Source: Trueperaceae bacterium
GTDB taxonomy: Bacteria > Deinococcota > Deinococci > Deinococcales > Trueperaceae
Direction: 5' to 3'
DNA: 64,000 nucleotides
Assembly (NCBI GenBank): GCA_965213705.1
Contig: OZ243913.1
Coordinates: 1,344,001-1,408,000, forward strand
Positions 57,287-64,000 of this stretch are shown here, piece after piece. The stretch's first letter is position 1, and each line of letters starts with the position of its first letter. Below the pieces are notes generated by a model. It was not told the origin of the DNA. It saw only the letters and a list, made by a program, of their open reading frames with translations, and did not search any database. The translations under genes and the position numbers were made by a program.

Positions 57287-58585
57287 CTAGTAGAGAAGAC
57301 GCGCCGGGAGGTGGTCTTTGAGCGCCGCCGACATCTCGTCGTACAGGGTTTCGGCCTTGCTCAGCGACAAGACGAGCGGGTTCGCGGCCAGAGCGCGCAC
57401 GGCGTCTTTACGCGCGCCGCCCCAGGCCGCCTCCGCGGTGAGCGCCTGGTACTCGCCCAACATTCGGGTGAGGCCCGCGACGTGTTTGGGTAGGTGACCG
57501 TAGGCGATGGGCGTAACGCCGTTGCGGCCTACCAACCCCGGCACTTCTACGACCCTGTCGTCGGGAAAGTCGGGGACGGCGCCCCGGTTGGGCACGTTCA
57601 CCGGCCAGACCTCTTTGCGGTCGTTGAAAACCGCGTCCATCACGTCGACGGCAAGCTCTAGTTCCGTGATGCCGCCGCGTGACAGGGCCGGGTCGAGCCG
57701 CGGGTTGTCCGTTTCGGCCTGTTCACGGTAGTGCCGCCAGTAGCCCGCCACTTGCGCCATGATGTCCTGCGCCCGGGTGGTGGGTTGGCTGCGCAGCTCC
57801 GCGACGATTTCGTCACGGTAGTAGTAGTAAAGAAAGTACTGCGCGGGCACGCTCTCCATTTTGGCGGTGAGTTCCAACAGGCGTTTGCCCCGCGGGTCCA
57901 TGTCCGTGTCCTTTTTGCGCTCGTAAGCCTCTTTGACCAGCTCGACGAAATCTTCGGTCTCGCCGTAACGGTGCTGGACCGACCACGAAGCGTGGTTCAA
58001 GCCGACCATGACGGTGTCGACCTTGTCCGGGTCCAGGTCGGCAAAAAGGGCCGTCTCACGCGGGAAGGTTATGGGGCCTTCGCACAGCGACACCGTCGGG
58101 ATGTGGCTGTGGTGCGTCACCGCCTCGGCGACGATGTTGACGGGGTTGGTGTAGTTGAAAAGTCGCGCTCCGGGACAAACTTCCTCCATGTCTTCAACGA
58201 TACTTTTCATGGTGTGAACGGCGCGCAGCGCCATAAAAAAGCCGCCCGGCCCTTGCGTTTCTTGACCGAGAACGCCGTGTTTCAGGGGGACGCTCTCGTC
58301 TAAGTAACGCGCCTCGAAACCGCCGGGGCGGTAGCTCGACAAAACGGCCTGTACGTCTTGCAGGCCGTCACGCCGGTTCGTCGTGGCGGAGACTTCAAGC
58401 TCGAGCCCCCTGGCCTCGACCATCTTGTCGGCCAGTTTTTTGACCAGTGCCAAACGGTCTTCGTCCAGGTCGACGAGCACGATTTCCGACCCTGCGAAGT
58501 TTTCGCCCTGCTCGATGAGTGAAGCTACGGTGCCGGGCGCGCGCGTGCTGCCGCCGCCGATATAAGCGATTTTGATGCCTGCCAT
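57287..58585 (-). CDS. Glycoside hydrolase family 4 (6-phospho-beta-glucosidase-like)
   Basis: KIAYIGGGS, GQET.GPGGF, NYTNP, LCE, GLNH, PV NVPN.G. Confidence 0.9.
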   Translation of the reverse strand: MAGIKIAYIGGGSTRAPGTVASLIEQGENFAGSEIVLVDLDEDRLALVKKLADKMVEARGLELEVSATTNRRDGLQDVQAVLSSYRPGGFEARYLDESVPLKHGVLGQETQGPGGFFMALRAVHTMKSIVEDMEEVCPGARLFNYTNPVNIVAEAVTHHSHIPTVSLCEGPITFPRETALFADLDPDKVDTVMVGLNHASWSVQHRYGETEDFVELVKEAYERKKDTDMDPRGKRLLELTAKMESVPAQYFLYYYYRDEIVAELRSQPTTRAQDIMAQVAGYWRHYREQAETDNPRLDPALSRGGITELELAVDVMDAVFNDRKEVWPVNVPNRGAVPDFPDDRVVEVPGLVGRNGVTPIAYGHLPKHVAGLTRMLGEYQALTAEAAWGGARKDAVRALAANPLVLSLSKAETLYDEMSAALKDHLPARLLY

Positions 58586-58734
58586 AGTCTCTCCGGCTTC
58601 TTAGAATGTAGGTGTTGAAGCGTATAGATGTTATAATGTCGCGTTCGTTTTTGCCGCAGGCTCAAACCACCCCGAGGGTTCGGGTTGGCGCGCTGCTCTG
58701 GACTAAGCGCTGCTCTGGATTGAAATGGGGGGTA

Positions 58735-58794
58735 AAACGACAGGTGTTGAAATAATAGGTATTGAAACAACAGGTGTCGAAACGACAGGTGGCC
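58735..58794. repeat. Four 15-bp tandem repeats (AAACRACAGGTGTYG-like)
   Basis: aaacgacaggtgttg / aaataataggtattg / aaacaacaggtgtcg / aaacgacaggtggcc. Confidence 0.85.
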
Positions 58795-58795
58795 C

Positions 58796-59626
58796 TCACC
58801 CCGACGCCGGCCCACCCCCGCCCGGCACGCTGCTCTGCCAAGCCGCCGAGGTGAGTTCGAACCGCTCACCGGGGTAGACGCACTCGCCGTATTCGATAAC
58901 TTCACCCGTGTCGAGAAAGGTCGTTTGGTAGGTGCGGAGGACGGCCGCCGGGCTGTTCAGCTCGAGCCACGCCCTTTCTTCGGCACTTGCCAACTCTGCC
59001 TTGATGACGGTGTGGCCCCTAGCCAAGGTGAGCCCGTACTCCCGGCGCAGGGTTTTGAACAGGGACGCATTTGAAAAGTCGCGCCGCAACAGGCCGGGGC
59101 AGAGGTGCTCGGGCAGGTAAGCCGTCTGCACCGACAGGGGCCGTCCCGACCAAAAACGGAGGCGTTTGAGCTTGACGACGGGCGAAAAGATTCGCAACTT
59201 GAGGTGCCGAGCTAAGTCTTCGGACGCCTCTAAGTGCTCGGCCTCGAGCACCCGCGAGACCACGCCGCCCCCGTCGCCGCGCCGCCCGAAGTCCTCATTG
59301 TCGGGGTCTTGAAGGCCCGTGTGCGAGCCCACGTCGAGCGTTCGCCGCACGCTCTCGCTGAAACCGGTAAAGGGCTCGAGCGTTTCTCGAGGTTTGGAAA
59401 CAAAGGTACCTTTTCCCGACACGGTATACAGCTTGCCCTCGTGGACGAGGTCGGTAAGGGTGCGCCGCGCGGTCGTGCGGCTTACGCTGTAGCGCTCGCA
59501 AAGCTCGCGCTCCGAAGGAATTTGTGTGTCGGTCGACCACCGCCCCGAACTGATGTTCTCGACGATGACGTGTCTGAGCTGTGCGTGCAGGGGCTCGCTG
59601 TCCGCCGCGGAAACGGTGTACGTCAT
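58796..59626 (-). CDS. GntR-family regulator with UTRA domain (HutC/NagR/DasR type)
   Basis: IPSERELCERYSVSRTTARR..L..EG..GKGTFV; C-terminal UTRA (IEY....Y.GERF). Confidence 0.92.
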   Translation of the reverse strand: MTYTVSAADSEPLHAQLRHVIVENISSGRWSTDTQIPSERELCERYSVSRTTARRTLTDLVHEGKLYTVSGKGTFVSKPRETLEPFTGFSESVRRTLDVGSHTGLQDPDNEDFGRRGDGGGVVSRVLEAEHLEASEDLARHLKLRIFSPVVKLKRLRFWSGRPLSVQTAYLPEHLCPGLLRRDFSNASLFKTLRREYGLTLARGHTVIKAELASAEERAWLELNSPAAVLRTYQTTFLDTGEVIEYGECVYPGERFELTSAAWQSSVPGGGGPASG

Positions 59627-59661
59627 GGCCGCCTTTCGGAGAAATCGTCAAGCCTGTACCG

Positions 59662-59723
59662 ACCGGTCATGACCAGTCGCGCACGGGTAGGTGGATACTA
59701 CAGGCTGGGCCGAGGTTTTGCAA
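59662..59723 (-). promoter_or_regulatory. Sigma70 promoter and dre-like GntR operator
   Basis: TTGCAA (59723-59718), 17-nt spacer, TAGTAT (59700-59695); operator ACTGGTCATGACCGGT (59677-59662) resembles DasR/NagR dre palindromes. Confidence 0.7.
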
Positions 59724-59823
59724 GCCTGCGGTCTCTCGAAGTGGCGAGGGCCACGCCGTGCCGAGTCCTTCACAAAGCTCTAAAGGCGTAGTGCCGATGT
59801 GAGGTTGCCCGAACCGCGCCCGC

Positions 59824-60174
59824 TTACACGCTTTGACGGCCGGGACCGCCCAACATTTTTTCGACCGCCTCGAGCCTGACCTGTTCGTGGGTCAGCTCGC
59901 CCGTCACCTCGCCCTTGTCGATGACCAACAGCTGCGGTGAAGCGTGCTCTGTGCTGAAACGTTCGGCGACCGCGTCTGAAACGTCTCGGGCGTACTGCAC
60001 CGCCAGGGCGTAGCGGGGTGCGCCGCCGACCTGGACGAACTGCTCTTGCGCGCGGGCGCTGATAGGACAGGTGAGGGAGTGTTTGAACAGCAACACCGGG
60101 CCGTCCTGCGAAGCTTCGGTGAGGGAGGTCAAGTCGTCGACGGATTTCAGGATGTGGATAGGTGTTTGGCTCAT
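59824..60174 (-). CDS. YtxJ/BrxC-family monothiol bacilliredoxin-like thioredoxin
   Basis: FKHS.TCPIS and H.SPQ motifs; TAAGCT-N6-ATG. Confidence 0.88.
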   Translation of the reverse strand: MSQTPIHILKSVDDLTSLTEASQDGPVLLFKHSLTCPISARAQEQFVQVGGAPRYALAVQYARDVSDAVAERFSTEHASPQLLVIDKGEVTGELTHEQVRLEAVEKMLGGPGRQSV

Positions 60175-60324
60175 TTCTTCAGCTTAAAGCCCGCCGCGCT
60201 CTTTGGGTGTCGCGCCCCCTTGTGCGTTTCCGCGAGTCGTTGAGACTTCGGTGACTCGGGCGAGCGGACGCAAGAAGTCAACCCGCTCAGTCGCCTCAAC
60301 ACCGGGTGGAAACGCTGCCGTATC

Positions 60325-60384
60325 AAATTAATTTGTCACGTCACAGTCGGAGTCTGTTTGAAACAGCGCGCCCCGCGCAGGTTT
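60325..60384 (-). repeat. 60-bp dispersed repeat, copy 2 (inverted relative to copy 1)
   Basis: See 53780-53839. Confidence 0.85.
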
Positions 60385-60650
60385 ACCGACGTCATGACGT
60401 CGGTAAACCACTCCGGTCTGGTACCCTGTCCAGCGAGAAGAAACTGTTGCGGACTGAAGACAAGGAGCCTAAAAACCTTTAAGTTTGATAAGTGTACGAC
60501 CAGAATCCGTATAAAGTTTCGTTCGCCCTTCAACCTCGAGCGGTTTACTTTTGGACGGCAACTGACCCGCAAACGACGGAACTTGTACACAGCTGTGTAC
60601 GGGCTGCGCGGCACGACGGTCTACCGAGTGAGGCTGGTACGCTCAGGTTG

Positions 60651-61274
60651 ATGCACGCGCTGAGCGCTCCTTTTAGGGTCATCGGGCGGGCCGTCCGGGA
60701 CTGGTGGCGCGACTGGGTAACCCTGGCGGCCCTGAACCTCGCGTGGCTGCTCTGCTGGTTGACGGTCCTGCTCGGCCCGCCCGCAACTTTTGTGCTCTAC
60801 GAGGTTGCCCACCAGTACGTGTACGGCCGGAGTCTCGAGCTGAGCGCAACGCCCGCGCTGCTGCGGCGTTACGCGCTGAAAAGCTGGCTGTGGCTGCTTG
60901 CCAACCTGTTCGTCGCCGGGGGCGTGTGGCTCAGCCTGCAGGCCTACGCGGGCGGCGCAGTCTGGGCGGTGGCGTTGCGCACACTTTGCGCCCTCGCCGG
61001 CGCGCTCTGGCTGGCGGTGCAGTTTTACGCGCTGCCGTACTTGCTCGAGCAGGAGCGTCTCAGTTTGCGCCGGGCCTGGCGCAACGCCTTTTTTACAGTC
61101 CTGGCGAGCCCGCTCTACACGCTTGTGGTGGTGGGTTTCGCCCTGTTGCTCGCCCTGGTCGGCGTGCGCACCGTGGCCTTGCTCTTTTTGGGTCTTGCCC
61201 CCCTCATCGCGGTGCTGGGCGTTCACGCGGTGGCCGAGCGGCTCGAGCACTACCGGATTCGAAAAAACGGCTGA
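60651..61274 (+). CDS. DUF624/YesL-like membrane protein
   Basis: NL.W......GPPAT, YALP.L.EQ, RNA; TACGCT-N7-ATG 60651. Confidence 0.75.
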   Translation: MHALSAPFRVIGRAVRDWWRDWVTLAALNLAWLLCWLTVLLGPPATFVLYEVAHQYVYGRSLELSATPALLRRYALKSWLWLLANLFVAGGVWLSLQAYAGGAVWAVALRTLCALAGALWLAVQFYALPYLLEQERLSLRRAWRNAFFTVLASPLYTLVVVGFALLLALVGVRTVALLFLGLAPLIAVLGVHAVAERLEHYRIRKNG

Positions 61275-61588
61275 GCACAGCTTGCACCCGGGTGTTGTTT
61301 TGTCGACAGCCTGAAAAGGCGAGGTTAACCCGTGTTTTGTTGTTGCAGCGGTTCCGGGAGCGGTTGAAACGCACCAACGCGAGACCCCACCGGCCCGCAG
61401 GGCCACCTCCCCTAAAAAGGGAGTCATACCCTTTCCGTTTCATTCCCTCATCAAATGCGAGCAGAGCGAATAGAAGTACGGACTAGCGATAAGGAAGCGA
61501 ACAACTCTTCCAAGGGGAACTGTGGTAGCGGAAGCTGTAGTATCAGCATCCGTATTAAGGTCAAGACCGATTTGTCTCGGTGCTACGT

Positions 61589-61632
61589 GAAAAGGTTGTT
61601 CGTTTTAAGCGTGCAGGACGAACAACCTTTTC
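61589..61632. terminator. Bidirectional terminator downstream of the gmhA-like gene
   Basis: GAAAAGGTTGTTCGT-N14-ACGAACAACCTTTTC (15-bp stem). Confidence 0.7.
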
Positions 61633-61639
61633 TTAACCT

Positions 61640-62284
61640 TCAACCGAAAAAGCGCTGCTCGAGCCGCGCGCAGAGCGCGTGGTACAGGGGCAGGTGGCGT
61701 TCTTGAACGCGCAGCGTGTCGTCCTCCGGCACGCAGATACAGGCGTCGCAGAGCGCCTTCATGCGCCCGCCCGTGCGCCCGCTCAGGCCGAGCGTGGTGA
61801 GCCCGAACGCCCGCGCGACTTGCAGTGCCCGCACGACGTTGGCCGAGTCGCCCGAAGTGCTGATGGCTAAAAGCGCGTCGCCCGGTCTGCCGTAGCCGTA
61901 AACCTGCTGCGCGTAGACCATGTCCGGCGCGACGTCGTTGGCAAAAGCGGTGACGAGGGCGCTCTGGCTGACGAGCGACACCGCGGGCAAAGCGCCCTGC
62001 AGGTGGTCGGCGAGGTAAACGCCTTCCTCGGGAAAATCCTGAAGCAACCTGCGCCGCCGCTCGTCCGGCAGGGGACGGCGCGACTCGAAACCTTTCATGA
62101 GTTCGCCGACGATGTGCTCACTGTCCGCGGCGCTGCCGCCGTTGCCGCAGACCAGCAGTTTGCCGCCCTCCCTAAAGGTGACGACAAGGCGCTCGGCCAC
62201 GTCCGCGAGGGCGGGCAGACAAGGTTTCAAGTCGGGGTAGCGGGTGCGCAGCGTCTCGAGCGCGTCCGCGCCGGGGTCAGCCAC
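61640..62284 (-). CDS. SIS-domain phosphoheptose-isomerase-like protein (GmhA family)
   Basis: CGNGGSAADSEHI.GEL, AND, ISTSG.S.NV, QE.H..YH. Confidence 0.88.
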   Translation of the reverse strand: MADPGADALETLRTRYPDLKPCLPALADVAERLVVTFREGGKLLVCGNGGSAADSEHIVGELMKGFESRRPLPDERRRRLLQDFPEEGVYLADHLQGALPAVSLVSQSALVTAFANDVAPDMVYAQQVYGYGRPGDALLAISTSGDSANVVRALQVARAFGLTTLGLSGRTGGRMKALCDACICVPEDDTLRVQERHLPLYHALCARLEQRFFG

Positions 62285-62346
62285 GGCAGCCTTCAGTCGG
62301 TGTCGCGTTTGTCTTGTTTGAGGCGGGTGTCATCCGTTAGCTCTCG

Positions 62347-64000
62347 TCACAAGTCCCACTCGAGCAGGTTCACTTCGCTTACCTCTTCGTCCGTCGCGAA
62401 AGGAACCCGGAAAGTCTTTACCTCGCAAGGACCGAACACCGCTTCGAAGCGGCGTCCCAAAAAAGGTAGCGCAACCGTCACCCGAGCGCTGTTGTTGCCC
62501 GTCTCGAAAAGCCTTGCGACGAGCGCGTCGCCCGCTTCGGAGCGCTTTAAGACGGTTGCCACCACGCTGTTCGGATTTCCGTCCCCGCTTCCGAGCTTGA
62601 AAAAAGAAGCCGTTTGGGGCAGGGGGCCGTCGTGAAACGTGCCGATGAGGGCTGTAGGTGCCTGGTTCAATTCGGCGGCCCGTTTCACCGTCTCGGCCCG
62701 GTTCCAACTGCCCGTGTGCGGCAGCAGACTGTAGCTGAAAGTCTGGAGTCCCTGGTCGATGTAGCTGTAGTCCCCCTCGGGGTCGGGCACGGTCGGGTCG
62801 TGGTGTGCGTAAATCGGGCTGCGCGCGACCGTCATGCCGATGTCGCGGGTGTTTACGTCGAACGAGTACTTGCCGTCGTTCAACAAGCTCAGGCCGCGTT
62901 CGCCGTCCGGCCCCGTACCCGACACGTCCACCCAACCCTGGGCGGGCTCTTCCTCGCCGTTGGCGAAGCGCTCGACGTGTCCGTAGGGTATTTCGAACGT
63001 GGCCCGCGGGGCGTCGACGTTGACGGGAAACCGGAGTTTAAGCGCTTTGTGCCGCTCTTGCCAGTTGAGCGTGGCCTTCACGTCTATTCGGCGCGTCCCC
63101 GGATACACCGTAAAGTCTTGGGTCAGGCTCGAGGCACCGTAAACGCTCGAGACGCGCACCACGCTTTTGACCGGGCCGTGTTCGACAAGTTTGACGCGAC
63201 GAGCGGCGAAGCTGCCGACGACCTGGTCGAACCTGAAAACGTCGTGCGACCAGGTGTCGCTGACGTCCTCGAGCACCGCCGAAGCGGCCGCCGGACCCGC
63301 AAAGACCTCCGCGCCGCGCTTTTTGTCCCGCAGGCTGGCGATGCAGCCCGTGACGGGGTCGAACTCTAAGCGCAGGTGTTCGTTTTCCAGCACCAGGTCG
63401 TCCGCTTTGACTGTGGTTTCGGGGACGGCTGCGCTCGCGCGGGGTGCCAAACGGTAGGTGCGGTAGCCCAGCTCGGGCAACTCGGCAACAAAGGCCAGGG
63501 TTTGCCGTCCAAAGGCGGTAGACCCTGCCTGCGTCCCCTGCACCGGCACCACCCGGTCTTCGTCGTCGAGCAGCACCGTACCGTCTTCGACGCGCCACGT
63601 CTCGACCTCGACGGGCACCCTGGCGACCCAGGTGTGCGGGTTGAAGACCACGACGGGGGTAACGCCTTTCTCTAAAGGGATGTTGACGCGCCAGGCCAAC
63701 GCTTGTGTGGCGTAGTTGAGCGCCCGCGCCCCGACGGCCATAGCCTCACCGTAGAGGTCTCGAGCGTCGTCGTAGGCGGTTTCCAAACTTGTCCCCGCCA
63801 AAATGTCGTGAAACTGGTTGAACAAAACGCCTTTCCAGGCGTACGCCAAGTCGGTCGGGTAGGGTTGCTCGAGGACTTCGGACGCCACCGCCGCCCACTT
63901 CTCGGCCGTTATCAGCAAGTTTTCGGCCTTGCGGTTCCAGCGTTTGATGCCGGAGTGGGCCGCGTAGCAGCCGCTGGCGTGGTGCTGCAACTCGTCGTGG
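62347..64000 (-). CDS. Alpha-mannosidase, GH38 (5'-truncated by the window edge)
   Basis: QHHA.GCY, NQFHDIL.GT, FEIPYG, LLNDGKY, FGP.EVKT. Confidence 0.9.
   Translation of the reverse strand, partial: HDELQHHASGCYAAHSGIKRWNRKAENLLITAEKWAAVASEVLEQPYPTDLAYAWKGVLFNQFHDILAGTSLETAYDDARDLYGEAMAVGARALNYATQALAWRVNIPLEKGVTPVVVFNPHTWVARVPVEVETWRVEDGTVLLDDEDRVVPVQGTQAGSTAFGRQTLAFVAELPELGYRTYRLAPRASAAVPETTVKADDLVLENEHLRLEFDPVTGCIASLRDKKRGAEVFAGPAAASAVLEDVSDTWSHDVFRFDQVVGSFAARRVKLVEHGPVKSVVRVSSVYGASSLTQDFTVYPGTRRIDVKATLNWQERHKALKLRFPVNVDAPRATFEIPYGHVERFANGEEEPAQGWVDVSGTGPDGERGLSLLNDGKYSFDVNTRDIGMTVARSPIYAHHDPTVPDPEGDYSYIDQGLQTFSYSLLPHTGSWNRAETVKRAAELNQAPTALIGTFHDGPLPQTASFFKLGSGDGNPNSVVATVLKRSEAGDALVARLFETGNNSARVTVALPFLGRRFEAVFGPCEVKTFRVPFATDEEVSEVNLLEWDL

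Noticed and set aside
58735..58794. Repeat array as a possible CRISPR
   Set aside because: 15-bp units are directly adjacent, with no spacers and no cas genes

Overview
High-GC bacterial chromosome segment, most likely Deinococcota (Trueperaceae-like). This assignment is an inference from PolX-PHP, an ATP-cone 2-PG kinase, many leaderless TANNNT-N5-7-start genes and a CTCGAG excess. It holds about 55 genes. Housekeeping and metabolic genes include gnd, galK, coaX, miaB, hup, mazG, a DeoD-type phosphorylase, crotonase and 3-hydroxyacyl-CoA dehydrogenase, and phnDCEE. A LacI-controlled alpha-galactoside operon unexpectedly embeds an ASPIC/UnbV (CRTAC1) propeller and a His-motif membrane protein. 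A GntR-controlled amino-sugar operon (GH4 - DUF3445 N-demethylase-like - NagB - BadF kinase) has a heme N-demethylase homologue where NagA would be expected, and it lies between two 60-bp inverted repeats. There are two lower-GC islands: a HEXXH protease pseudogene split by an IS5-family element and followed by a lipoprotein and an ISAs1 remnant, and a solo HEPN-like gene. Window-wide signals are a CTCGAG excess, near absence of GATC, many 12-17 bp tandem duplications and short uORFs coupled by ATGA overlaps. I found no rRNA, intact tRNA or CRISPR array. All family calls come from motif recognition by eye, and counts are manual and approximate.
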